Part shown: in pieces, positions 48,992 through 62,204 of the stretch
How positions within the stretch are numbered: the first letter of the stretch is position 1
Layout: each line of letters begins with the position of its first letter
Assembly: GCA_002269645.1 (NCBI GenBank)
Contig: NIVC01002242.1
Coordinates: 1-64,000, forward strand
Reading direction: 5' to 3'
Source: Macrostomum lignano
Lineage: Eukaryota
Length of the DNA: 64,000 nt
Notes under the pieces: model-generated
Seen by the model: only the letters and a program-made list of their open reading frames with translations
What the model was told of the DNA's origin: nothing
The model's database searches: none
Program-made: the position numbers and the translations under genes

Positions 48992-51766
48992 ATGGAACTC
49001 GAGTAAGTGCTTTGTTTTTTATATATTGTAGCCTACCATAAGCCTAATAAAGCCCAAACCATAATTTTTTTTAGGATTTTAAACTTTTTTGAGTCTCAGG
49101 CCTAGCTAGGAAAGATAGCTCCCTATTTATTGTTGCCATTTTCAACCAGGGTTAAACAATATGGAAATATGTAGCATGCAAGTTAGGTGAATTAATTTCT
49201 GATGGTAATTATAAATAGTAGGCCTATAGTATAGTATAATTATAGGCTCTTTAGTAGACCTATAGATATATGATATGTTGTATCTAATCTAAAAATTTCA
49301 GTTTTAGTTTTAGTTTGTTTTAGATCTTATAAAGATAAATCAACTTTGTATTCTTGCAAACTTATAAACTAGGCCTAGCTGCCTAGGCCTATATCAACAG
49401 AAACAATATAAAATTTATAATATAGACCATCATACATGCACAACGTCCAAAATTCGGTCGGCCGTGCAACTTAGTTTTAACAAAAATGCAACGTAGTTTT
49501 TGGCCAAAAATGCAACTTACATGTAAAAAAAACCCTAAAGCAAAATTAATGCAACTTTTGGTAAACAGCAGGAGTAACTATGACTGTCTTATTAAGCTGC
49601 AATGCCTCATCAGCTACTTAGTACTACTACTTCGGTGTTTTTTTGGGTGAGCATTTTTGCAACTTCCTTGGTTGGCTGCCAAATCAGTTGGCCAGATTGG
49701 CCAACTTGGCCGACTGTTGCGCATGTATGTAGACCATACATGTACAACCTCCAAAATTTAGTCGGCATGCGACTTAGTTTCAACAAAAAATGTGGCATCA
49801 TTTTTGGCCAAAAATGCAACTTACCTTGTCCTCAGTGCAACTTAGCTTGGTCCTAATGCAACTTAGCTTGCCCTCAGTAGGACTTACCTTATCTTTAGTG
49901 CAACTTAGCTTGGTCTTGCTACAACTTAGCTTGGTCCTATTGCAACTTAGCTTAGCTCAGTCTTGCTACAACTTAGCTCCATCCTATTGCAACTTAGCTT
50001 GGTCCTATTGCAACTTAGCTTGGTCCTATTGCAACTTAGCTTGGTCCTGCTGGGACCTAGCTCACCCTCAGTGCTGCAACTTATAGCTCTTACAACTCTT
50101 ATGTTTTTCTCTTTTTTGCTCCCCTTTTCTCTTTTTTCCTTTTCCTTTTCCTTTTCATCTTTTGTTTTTTTGGTAGTTGATCAATTTTACAACTTACCTT
50201 GGTTGGCTGCTAAATTGGTCAGCCAAATTGGCCAATTTAGCTGACTGCTACGCATATATGATATAAACCTATACATCTTTTGAATTTCATCTATATATGA
50301 AATTTTTATATAAGAATACAGAAATAGAAAAATAAGCTTAATTCACAAATAAGCTCATTATAAAAATAAGTTTAGAATTTGGAATAGACTTTGTTGGGCT
50401 AAGATTGTTTTATCATAATTTAGATCCAGATACCTGCAATTGGCTAGCCATTATACTAATTTCTTAGATACTAATGTTTTGGATGCATTTAGATGACAAT
50501 TATAGCAACAAGTTGAATCTTTAAGCATGCATTTAATCTTTTTCAGATATGGGACCTGCCTAGAGACTATTGATTAAGTAGATATTTGAGTATATTGATA
50601 TTGGGAAATTATATTACACTTTACAGTCTTGCAAAATATTAAAATGACAGTTCCTTAAAATTTGGTCACTTCATTATCTAGATTTACTAACAATTTTTTG
50701 ATATGACAAAGCATCTAAAAACCATGGCTACTTTGTCATCTTGATAACAAGATGAAAAATTGTCTAGGAACTATGCAAGCTTATCTATATATATCTATTT
50801 GTAGATATACATATATACATGAGCTAATGGTCTATGTGTATATACAAGTGTGTATGCATTTAATCAACACATTGCCCATTTGCTAGCCAGCTCCACTTAC
50901 AAAAAGCCTAGTTCTAAATGCCATGGAATATTGATGCTCTGCTATATGCTGTACCACTGGCTAACAATGGAATAGTTATATGACAAGTTGCTTGTCTATT
51001 TAAATAAAGTCACAGTTACTTTCGCTATTTACCTATTTGCACATGCACATAAATAACTTTCTCTTTTGCACAGGAGTGTCAAAGCCACTTATTTGGATAG
51101 GCCAGTGTGGGTGTGGCCCTTTGAAGTATCCATGTGTGGCATGTGCAGCTTTTTTATTCTATTCCAAAATGGTTCATTATTTGTAAAAATCAAAAAAGTT
51201 TCTTATATGCACTTGAACTAAATAATAATGTTAAGGCATTTATTTACAATGCTTGATGTTGAATCGTTGATATGCTCATATTTAGAATTTTATTTAGTAT
51301 ATTTAGATTTATCAGTAAAAGATTAGGTTTTTTGTTGGATGTCCAAAACATGCCTAATTCCTCCACTTAACTACAGCACATGACTAAAGGCTGTCATGTC
51401 ACTTTGGAAGCCATTAAGTTTTTTTTCCTAGTTTTAATAGAGTCTTTTTATCGCTTCATTCCCATCTGCAGTGAAAAGCGTGCCCGGGTTCGTGCCCAGG
51501 TCAACCAGCGCCTAATCCAATCTGGGGAGCGCGAGCGACTAAAGGAACTTCTGCGAACTCGCCTGAATGAATGCGGCTGGCGCGAGAAGCTCAAGCAGCA
51601 CTGCAAGGAGATAGTTCGCCAGAAAGGTCTTGAACAGATCACCGTGGATGACCTGGTCGCCGAAATTACACCGAAAGGTCGCGCCCTGGTGCCTGACGAG
51701 GTCAAGAAAGAGCTGCTGCAGCGTATTAAGTCTTTTCTAGCGCAGACAACGGCCGACGAGAAGTGA
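48992..51766 (+). CDS. eny2: ENY2/Sus1 (SAGA DUB module / TREX-2 subunit), join(48992..49002,51472..51766), 101 aa
   Basis: [19 protein letters not shown]...[34 protein letters not shown] is the ENY2 signature. An 11-nt first coding exon ATGGAACTCGA|GTAAGT splices in frame to CTGCAG|T at 51472; that first exon is inferred. Confidence 0.92.
49431..50258 (+). mobile_element. Two tandem MITE family C copies (49431-49729; 49735-50258 with internal 21-bp GCAACTTAGCTTGGTCCTATT repeats)
   Basis: The first copy has 14-bp TIRs CATACATGCACAAC / GTTGCGCATGTATG (1 mismatch), flanked by TAGACCAT on both sides. Confidence 0.65.
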
Positions 51767-52324
51767 GAACAAATTTGCAACTTATTTTACAAAAGAACTA
51801 CTAACTATTCACTTCCAACCGAATCCAAATAGCTACAGCGTAAAATTTCATTCTTGTTTGCTTAACTGTGCTTTGTTGTGCTCCTAATTTGTTATATTAT
51901 ATGGTACTCATACACTAAAATTATTTGTGTAGGTGCCACGGCCGCTGATCTATATTTGAGCGCTTCACGATTTTTTATAAGTTGCATCAATCTCCCAGTT
52001 TCCAGTGTATTGTAAATTATAGCAGTGCTTAAATAGCTTCGGCTGTGAATCATTGCTCTGTGTGTTTAATAACATTTGGAGTCCTGCTTTTCAACTTTCA
52101 AATTTGAAAAGAGAAGAATTGGTTTTTTTGTCTTTACTTAAAAACTAGTTCAACTATGGTTTACACTCGACGTTAAGAGTGCAACTTCAGATAATCAAGC
52201 TGAGAGTCTGAGACTCCACTCCAAAGGAAGTGAATAGCAAACTGTATTTTAAGTTCTGTAGTGCCGCAATGGTTTATGTTTTTGGTCCTAAAATTAGCTT
52301 TTTATGCACTTTTAGTTTTTTAGT

Positions 52325-53075
52325 TATGGCAGGGGGTTTGTGCACCCTGGCGCGCTTCAAACGATATTTTCACAACCGGCGAGGCGAGGCATTACTACCT
52401 ATTATTCCAACTCCACTGAGCAGGAAAACGCGCGCGGATAAAAACATACACTGGAGTGTACAACATTCCTAACTTTATTTATTGTAGGCATGTTTACTTC
52501 TCTGTGCCACAGCGGTTACCGGTTAGTCCTTAAGCAGGGTGTCCACGACCTCGCAAAACCTGCAATTCAGATATGGAAAAACCTAGAAAATGCGCTTGTA
52601 CTCGTAGTTGTTTTGATATTTCTTACTTTTCTTGTCACTTGTGACATTACATTGATTAACATGCAGCTTCTATGATCATATCTTGTACTGATTTCTATAA
52701 TTCTGTCTTGAAATTTGTGCAGCAATGGACAGCCCATCTCAAAATTATTTTTACAATATCACATCCCCTGTATTCTTTTTCACTATCTGTAAAAGCATGT
52801 ACAGCTTAAAAGTCCTTTATATTTCTGTCTATGAGATAGGTACAGTGTATATATTATTTAGGATTGTATTGGTTAGTGGCACTTTTCCTACGAGTACCGT
52901 ATAAAAGGCACCTGAAAATGGTCATAGTGATAGAAAATCTGATAATGGAAAATGCATAGACACCCTGCTAAAGGGCGTTAATTGCACGAGCAGACCTAGG
53001 CCAAGATTCCAATTTAGCCCCAAATCAATGTGACTGCACTTGGAATCGAGCCTGCATGGGCCGCTTGGTATATAG
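52325..53075 (-). mobile_element. SINE family A copy 3, interrupted by a TIR element at 52535-52967
   Basis: Both halves match copies 1 and 2. The insert is bounded by CAGGGTGTCCA / TAGACACCCTG. Confidence 0.6.
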
Positions 53076-54995
53076 GGCGCCTCGCTAAATTGCTAGTAGA
53101 CTACGGCCCCGTTTTCTTTATGCCTTGTAGAACTTGTATTTGCTTGAGGGAAAATGTAGCTCAATAAACCAGCAGAATATTCTAGTTTAATGAGAGTGAA
53201 GACTGAATATTCTGCTGGTTTAAGCAGATGTCACTAAGCCACGATAATTTAACTCGTCCAAAATAATTGAAAAAACCAGTTAAAGAATGGATCTCTATTC
53301 TCAATCGTTTTATTGTCTCTAAATTTGACTTAATTGGTCTTGGCCTTTTCGTTTCTCGTTTTGAAAACTTTTTACAATAAGGGATTTTTTATGAAATCTC
53401 ATTCCAAATTTAGTTACTTAGTCGACGTGTCGACAATTCTAATACATCTACTGATATACAGCCTACTTTTATTATTACGATTTGTCACCAGTACCGCCTT
53501 GTTTAAAATACAAAATAAAGCGTTATTGTGCATAACTAATAGATGGAATTAGTTTTTGGTTTGTAAGTCTGTCTTTGTTAGTTTAAGGGAACAATTTTTG
53601 TTTTTTTTCATGCATAAACTATTATGTATTTAAACGCTTTTAAATTAGGAAATTTTATCAGTATATAGCCCAATACGTTACCAACTTCGAACGACTCTAA
53701 AGACTGAAGTTATTGTGAAGACCCAACTCCCGTGATCCTTGAATCTAGATCTCTTGGACTTGTACACTTAGTATTTGCGCTTGTAAAATTGTTTGTGTAC
53801 CCTTCTGTACATTGTATGGGCCATCGAACGTAAAGCGTTTCCTTGGAGTCGTTGGCGACTGGCGTTTGGGCATAGGCCCTACTGGCAAAGTTTTAGGCCT
53901 AGTTTCCCGCGTTAAATTATTGTCACTAGTTTTTCTTCATTTTCTATGTAAATCGTGGCTAGACAACCTCAAGTGCCTACAAAGGCTATAACTATAGTAC
54001 CTCTTGCCAAGTTGTGGCCATTCATTCATTGTGTTGTCTGGGACACACATTTTGGCTGATAGCTGGCAGGCATACAATGCACTTTCCATTCCCAACCACG
54101 CATTCATCAATCACGTTTTGGTTGTTTGTTTGAAATTTGGTGTCAAAATAATTTAATGCAGGAAACTAGGACATTGCTCTGGGTTTAGGGCCTATTTTTT
54201 GTGTGCAGAGTATGTGTAACGCATACTATGCATATGCATAAATTTTAAAATTGCACTCTAATATTGAAAATTGGATGCAGTTTAGATGTGGTCTTATAAC
54301 CTGTTTTTCTATTGAAGCCATATTCACACTTTTTTAAATAAGAAAAAAGAAAAATTGGACTAAATTGCACTCTGCTGAGCCTTAACTTAAGGCTTAAGTT
54401 AAAATGTACCATGAAAGTGAGCAGCATAAGGTACAATTTTGCGCCTTGTCTCTGGTGAAAAAGAAAACCCTGACATTGCTGCTCTACTACATCTGCATCT
54501 ACTGCATACTACTAGGCTACTAGTGCTGCAGTGCATGTATTTATTGGTAGACATTCATATTATCCACATTAAACCACACAATACAGCAGTTTAGTAGGCC
54601 CTAATAGTAATGCATTAACTTTATAGCTTTGTCTTTTTTCTCAGTATTACAATTTATAAACTTTAGTTTCTATAATATTAGTTGTAATATAGCTATATAA
54701 AAAACATATAGACAGCTCATTTTTAGTATGTAAGACTTATAATAGGGGCCTATAAGTTATTTTACTAGTGATTAAAAAATGAATAGGCCTATAGGATATA
54801 TTAACAAAAAATTCAAGAATGCAATAATAATGCATGTCTCAGTTTCAATGACAATCTTTAGGCCTTAGTTCCAATTCCAACTTTAGAGTAGAGGTAGCCT
54901 AAAGCTTTTGTCTAACCCATACTTAGGATTATCAAATCATTTATATTAAATATTTCTAGTATATATTTATAAAAAAACTACTTTATACTTGGTAC

Positions 54996-55529
54996 GTGGC
55001 TTTTTTAAGGTTAGAAATCATGTTAGCTGGCCCTTAAGGCTTAAAATCTAATTGCCAATGGCTATTTTTTGTTGCCTATTGGCAATTAGCCAAATTCCTA
55101 AGGATGGGTATTTCCAAGGCTGCATTTAAAAAGCAGAAATGTGTTCTCTTAACTTTATGATTGCTATCTATGTTGCAAACAATAACAAACTAACAATTCC
55201 ATCTATATATTTGCAACCGTGGGAATCAATTGCTCATTTCTATTGGCAATATACACATGTAAATGGCTATTGGCTGAAAGTAGTCATGTGACTACTATTA
55301 AAATCCAATAGTGACTTATATGTGTGTTGCCAATAGAAATGACTGGGTGAATCTTTAGGTTACACCCATGTATGATTCCATCATATCAATTCATCTGGCA
55401 CTTTCATTATATTTACAAAATCATTTCTTGAAATTGACAACTGGTATAAAGAAAATAAAGTTGCTAGATTGGCCTCTAATGCTAAAAATCCAGTTGCCAA
55501 TGAGATTTTCAAAGGGCCAAAAAACCCAG
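54996..55529 (-). mobile_element. MITE family B copy 2 with perfect 8-bp TSD CTTGGTAC
   Basis: CTTGGTAC at 54988-54995 and 55530-55537; both ends match copy 1. Confidence 0.72.
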
Positions 55530-56897
55530 CTTGGTACATAATTTTTTGAAAAGTCTCATGGCATACATATAATTGAATTATGCCTTATAGAACTTATACT
55601 TGCTTGAGGGAAAATATAGTTCAATAAACCAGCAAAATATTCTAGTTTAATATATCTTTGAAACATGTTGTATTAGGCTTATTTTTTTGATGGAGCCATT
55701 ATTTTACTTGGCTAGGTATGTCTAGCAAACAAAGCTTTTAAAAACAAAGTAAATTGATAAGTAGTTTGTAAGGTATCCTTTTAGTTAGGAATCTATTTAT
55801 TTTTCCTTAGCTAATATTAGTAAAACATTAATATAAAAATTTAGGTTTAACATATAAAAATTGTCTTTGTATTAAGAGCAAGAGGCTATGTTTTATTGGT
55901 CATAATACAAAGAGCTCTTGTATTTGATATATTAGAAAGCATTTACTTAAATACAGCAATCTAATCTTTATATAAGTACAAAATTTCTGCTTTTTAAATA
56001 GTGTTTTGCCTTGTAAATATAGTTGTTGTTGTTATAGTCAATAGTAGATCTTGAATTTCATTGGGGGGGGGGCAGCCCAAGTTTAGGGCACTAACATGAG
56101 TATAAAAGTCACAAATTTTAAAGCTAATGGATACAAATATGTATATAGAGAGTAATAACCAAGTTTAAGGGCCAAAAATGCATGTAGGAAGTTTATCTTT
56201 TCATTTTTTATGAATGCCAATGTTAAGTATTATATGTGGTTTACTTTTTTTTACCTAATTTAAGTATATAATTTTTTAGATATATAGATGTACTTTTGCC
56301 TCTAATTTTGCCTATTGTTTGCTTGTTACTTTTCATTTATCTTAGACTTAAATCAATATAGCTTGTAGAATCATTTTATATATCATTGCATTCAAGAAAA
56401 ACTCAGCAAGCATTGCCAAAGTGGTAGAAAGCCTAGCAAATAAGAATTATAGAAGTTAGGTTACAATATAAAAAATTAAGAACAGATTATCTGTAGAGAG
56501 ACTAGATACCTAAATATGGACAAACCATTTGTAGTATCTAGATAAGGATTGCTAGGTTATAAGCAACTAAATAGAAAGATATTTTTGCATGACATTTAAG
56601 TAATTTTTTTAAATGGATCTAGTATTAGTACACATTATATATACCAGTTTTAACAGAGTAATTAATTTTAAAACAAATAGAACAATCAAAGTGTATCTTA
56701 TAGGCAATTTTCACTAGGAGCTAACAAATGTCAAAACATAAGATATGAATAAATCAAGGGAAAACATGGAAAATGGGAAGAAGAGAAGAATAACCTTTAG
56801 AACTGATTAACACTATATAATTTAGTAATACTATAGGCACTACATGTATATAATAATACTATTAGGGTATCCTTTTATTACACCCAGCTGCATTGAT

Positions 56898-59800
56898 ATG
56901 TCTAATTCAGCTATTGACTCTGCCATGTACCGCGGCGGAGGTCCCAGAGGCGGCTACGACCGAGACGGCGGTGGCGGTCGGGGCGGCTTTAATCGTGACG
57001 GCTTCGGCCGGGGCGGCGGCGGCGGCGGATTTCGCGGCAGGCCGCCAATGAGAGGCCGGGGCGGAGGCGGCGGCGGCTATCGCGAGTACTCGCCACCCCG
57101 TGGACCGCCAGGCGGGCCGCCGATGCCGGTGCCGCGCTCCAAGTACAGAGCGTCTCCTCCAATGCCTCCGCCGCCACCTCGTCACGGTGGTGGCGGTTAT
57201 CGCGACTATTCGCCGCCTCCGCCGCCTTACTATCGAGGGGGTGGCAGGCGCTCTCCGTCGCCTCCACCGCCGATGATGGGCGGCGGTTATCGCCGAGACT
57301 ACAGCCCGCCACCAAGGAACAGGGGCGGCGGCGGCGGCTTCAGGGACCGATCGCCTCCTCCGCCTCATATGGGCCGGGGCGGACCTGGCGGCTACGGTGG
57401 CATGCGAATGAGTCCGCCAAGGTACAGGTAAGGCAATCGCTTGTTTACCGCATTTTTATTGTTCTCTGAAGTATATACATGTTGGATTGTTTCTTATTTA
57501 TATTTCCTAATAAGTTAATGCAAAGAATTTTCTTATGATCTCAATCAGCTCCATGATTTTTATGAAGAAACCCCAGAATGTAACTTTCTTAAGTACGTGC
57601 CAACACGATGATAAAGTATTACCAAATGTTTTTATAAACATGAGAAAATCTCAAAATCTTTCGTAAACCTACAATTTTTCGCTTTCTCCAGAGAACGCTC
57701 GCCAGTTAGGAACCATCGGTGAGTTTTCGGTGAATTATAATGCTTTAATTTGACATGTAAATGTTTTGATTCTATTTTCAAATAATCGTTACTCAGTAAT
57801 ACAGATCGACAAGTCAACAAAGATGATCGATAATCGACGGAACTTTTTGAAAGATGGAAGTAAAGAAGTTTTAATTGGTTAATAAAGAAACCGTCCACCT
57901 GTTTCAAATGATATCAGAATTATGGACTGTGAATTTTACATTAATTTACTGGATTATCGCCAGCTAAGTGGCTTCTATAGGCAGTCAAGATGCAAAGAAT
58001 CAATGTTGTTTTGATTTTACGCAAATATTCAAATAACCAAAAATCTTGAAATTGAAGACGACACGAGGTCTCGGTTTACCTCTAATACGAGATTCAAAGA
58101 TTCAAAGAAGAGTCAAAAGAAGCCGTCATCCGAAAATTGACTACCAATCTTCAAGTCTTGACTCATTGAATAGATATAAAAGCATTTACAAATTTGGCTT
58201 TTATGAACTATTGAACTGCTGCACAGACAAATGCAAGCTCAACTCGTCAATGTATAAACAAGACGAACTGCAGGAGGAATTGCGATTGCATTCACGTGTT
58301 ATAACGTTATCATTACAAAACTGCAAACCAAAAATGAACATTCCAGAATTAAAGTACTTTTACGAACTTTTTAACAAAAAGACTATGGATCTTCGAAAGT
58401 AAACATTTAAAATTCCGATTTCAACTAAGAATCTCTTCTCACGGGTGCACAGAAACAGTCCTGAATATTTTTGCTGGTCTTTTGGCAAATTTACACAGCC
58501 AGTCTACAGTTAATCAGAGCTGCTTAGTGAAGTATATTCGCGAACCATACTGACCATAATAATGGTTAGAAGCAGTTATAACGACAAGAAAAACACAATG
58601 TTACAGAGAGTTCCGGCATCCAAGCCCCAGGGGCCCGTCCCCGCCTCGCTACGACCATCGAGGCGGACCGCCGCCTCCACGCTTTCCGGATAGGCCGCGC
58701 TTCGACGATCGAAACAATGGCGGCGGCTTCAGGCGCGATGGCGGTAAGAATGTAGAAAATGTATATATAGTTATCTTAATGCAGTCTGAGAGATAAAGTC
58801 TTGAGCCTTCTTAGAAGAGCAAAGCGACGTTTGACTTTAAAAACCAATTGATTGAAATTAAGCAATCGTCAGGATTGTCGCTAAGATTGATATTTTACAA
58901 CTGATTTTCTTCGGAATAGCACTGATGCTATCATAAAATTTCACTGCGAATTCAATTGGAAGAGCGATAGTTAAAATGATTGCATTAGGCTAGTAGTATT
59001 CTGAAGAGCGTGTTCGACACAACCAATGAGCTTTATGAACTCAATGAGAATCAACGATCGCGCAGGCTGTTTCACTCGTTCTTTGATATTCAAATTTTCA
59101 GAGATTTGCACTAGTTACTACTTTCAGCGTTAGGAAAGGCAACAAGGGTGTAAAATGTTAGGCGATGATTAGGTGTAATCTGAAGTGCAGCAAACGACAA
59201 TTAAATTTAACATATTAGCTGTAGTTATAAAGGTTCCGAAGTTATTTTCAACTGCTATTAAAAATACGACTGTCATAAAGTTGTATTTTATGGTTTTACT
59301 ACAATACCGATTTGCAACTTGTGACGACTGCAAGGAATCTGTTCGATTATTTGAAAAGTGACGGAAAGTGAAATCTACATGCGTGTAATATCTAAAGGAA
59401 GAATTTCTAGAGAGCGTATTGAATCTTACTACACCAGTTTTGTTCCAATACGTTTGTGTCACAGTTCTTACAAATTGCTAAACTAGTAGATTAGTTTATC
59501 TTGAACTAATTAATTAGGTGGACCAGTTTAGGTTCTGAACAGCCAACAGAACATATATGAAAGTGTAATCCATAGTAGAATAGTAGAGTCGCGCCCCAAA
59601 AAAGCATCACACTGTTCCATCAAAAATAAAAGCCAGTGCTATGCATCGGTTTCCGCCTATCTGCTTAGCTCCAAAGCTATTGTTTTAAAAGATTTTATAT
59701 AGCACTGTCACTCGAAAAGTTGTTGAAAAGAATTGCTGCGAATTCTAATTACGATCAGTGACGTACGTCTTTTGGTTTTGTAACAGCTCTTGGTTGAATG

Positions 59801-60114
59801 TTAAAATTACTATCATAAGCAGGCAGTTGCCTACGATGGAGAAACTACCACTTACGTTACACGCATTCTAATTAACGGCGATTGCAGAGCCTTTTAGAGG
59901 CAGAGGCGGCGGTGGCGGCTATTTCAGGCCGCCTAGGGGAGATTTTCGTAATCCGCGCAACGGAGGCGGCGGCTATCGCGGCGGCCGCGATGAGTTTTTC
60001 CACCGACCAAGAGGTCGAGGCAGCTTCGGCCGCGGCGGCGGTGGCGGCGGGGAGTTCCGTTCGCGCCGCCGTAGCGGCAGCGGCGGGCCGCCCAACTCGC
60101 CTCCTCGACGATAA
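56898..60114 (+). CDS. Intrinsically disordered RGG / Ser-Pro-rich protein, join(56898..57427,58607..58743,59888..60114), ~297 aa (alternative ATG at 56925)
   Basis: Three GC-rich islands in AT-rich DNA join in frame via GT-AG (phase 2, phase 1). The product is RGG/RG tracts and recurring YRxYSPPP/RSPPP motifs with no folded domain. Confidence 0.8.
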
Positions 60115-62204
60115 TAATAGTTCTTCAAGGCCGTTGGCCAAGCTCGTAAAAGTTGATTTATCATGGCCGGTTTAATCAAGTCGATAAATACTGATGAATC
60201 TAAACGCCAACGAGTGAACACGTTTTAAAATATGAGCGAGAATAATTCGCAAACAGTTTGTAAACTTTTAAATGTCATTAATCCCTTTATGCAAAACGCC
60301 TACGGCGACGCGAAAGCGGGGTGTTTATAAGTGACACATTTAACCTTTGTTAGCATATTTTCTGCGCACGTATCTTGTTTTACATGTTTTTGACCGCAAT
60401 TCAACGATCTCTAAGCAACAAGAAGTTTTTACGGTTGATGACACGAGAAAGGTATTGTGAGTTTGTCGAATAAAATAGCTTTAAGCATCTGTCAGCCATA
60501 AAGGTGCAATGGCTTTAAAAGCTGTTGGTTAATTACAAAAATTGCTTGAACGAATGTTAAAAGGTTGCAATACCAATTGAATATGGCAAGTAAACAATGA
60601 ACTAATATTTAAACCGAATTAAACAGACGTTTGTTCACCCAGGCAGCGTCAATAGAGCAAAAAAATCTACAATGATCTTGTCGCGGCTAATTGGTTTTCT
60701 TGAAGGAAATTGATTGATTAAACTAATGAAGATATTGATAAGGTCAAATTCTCAACTGATGGTGCACATAAACACATTTTAAGTCTCAAATTAATTGAAG
60801 GCAATCGGTCTGAACCCAATAATTGTCAGCTGGTCATTTATCTTCCCCCCCCCCCCCCCCCTGTTTGTCTGTTGTAACTATTCGTAATATTCAAATTGAT
60901 TTTTCTTGTTCCTTTAGTGCGAGTATTGTTCCACTTCGCATCTATGCAGCGTTTGTTTCGTGTTTTATGGCTCTTTTTTATTTTTACTTATGCTGCTGTC
61001 TCCCCCAGAGTTGCTCACATTGATAGGGGCTGTCTAAATCTGAAACCTGGAAAACAACTGATGCTATCAAATTGAAACCATATCTGATTGTGGGGCAAAA
61101 AATCATTGTTATTTACAGAATCACAGGTACTAGATTTAATGCTCCTTGAGATGATGTGCTCAGTCCTCCTAGCTTATTAAGCAAGTTTTGTTGTCTAATT
61201 AATTTCCTAAATAATCCCACTAAACTATAGTAGTTTGAAATACGGACGCATCTCATTCATGTTTTGCACAATTAAGTCGGTTAATGTGAAATCTACTCTC
61301 AATATTTAATTGCTTTTTTAATGAAAAAATAATAAACTTGCTTTTTTTAATTCGTACTGTTAGTTGTGTCCCACCAACGTGACTGTGTTTTGCTTACTTC
61401 CATATATCAGTCTGCAGCGGTTATTTTAGTTTGTTAGCCACTATTAGAAACTGAAGGTAAAAGATGACAGTAAGCCATCGGCTGTGGCAAGTGTCTGACT
61501 CGCTGATACGCAACTCCAGTTTATATAGTCGAGGAGATCACTGTACCCTAATGGAGTCATCGGTACGTGAAACAAGAGGACGCCAATTAGACTCTTTATT
61601 TCGGATCCGTCAGACCAGATTGCTAATTTTTATTGGATTGAAAGTACCAAATATCCGTCAGGTTGATGATCGAAGTCGAATCCATCGAAGTCAACGCAGA
61701 CTCGAATGTCGATAATTTCGGTACAAGTGCTTTGAAAAGGCTTAGAAAAGCCCCATGCTTTGGATTGAAGATCAAAATGTATGAAGTCGATTCATCTTCA
61801 AAGAAAATCCGGTCGTTCTAAACTGTTAAATATTTTTGAATTGAAGTTCTTGAAAGACAATGATTAGAAGCTTTCCGTAAGTATGCGATGTGTTATCCAT
61901 GCTTGATTCGGATGTGGCAAAAATTCTTCGGTCTGAACAACTGTGGACATGATATAATTGCATACTGTTAAACCGGGTTATGCTTCGATGCCAGTATTTA
62001 GTTTCTTAGTCTATAAGTTAAGACTTTTCATCGGCAAAAGTCAATCAGCAAACCTCTTATTTCAGCCTGCGACACTCCGATCATCGCCTGGCAACGTAAA
62101 ATTAAATTGTGACAAATTGTAGTGCGCCGATCGCGTTACACATTGAGCTGAACTTTGGCACTTATATTACTGTAAATATTAGTTTATTGGTGTTTTGTAG
62201 CTTT

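Noticed and set aside
46378-49729. One large transposon bounded by ~290-bp inverted repeats enclosing the Staufen/ENY2 promoter
   Set aside because: Each arm has its own TIRs and a further copy lies in tandem, so independent MITE insertions explain it better; no transposase lies between them.
56907-60221. Antisense and alternate-frame ORFs over the RGG, Staufen and ELAV exons
   Set aside because: Shadow ORFs of GC-rich coding sequence.
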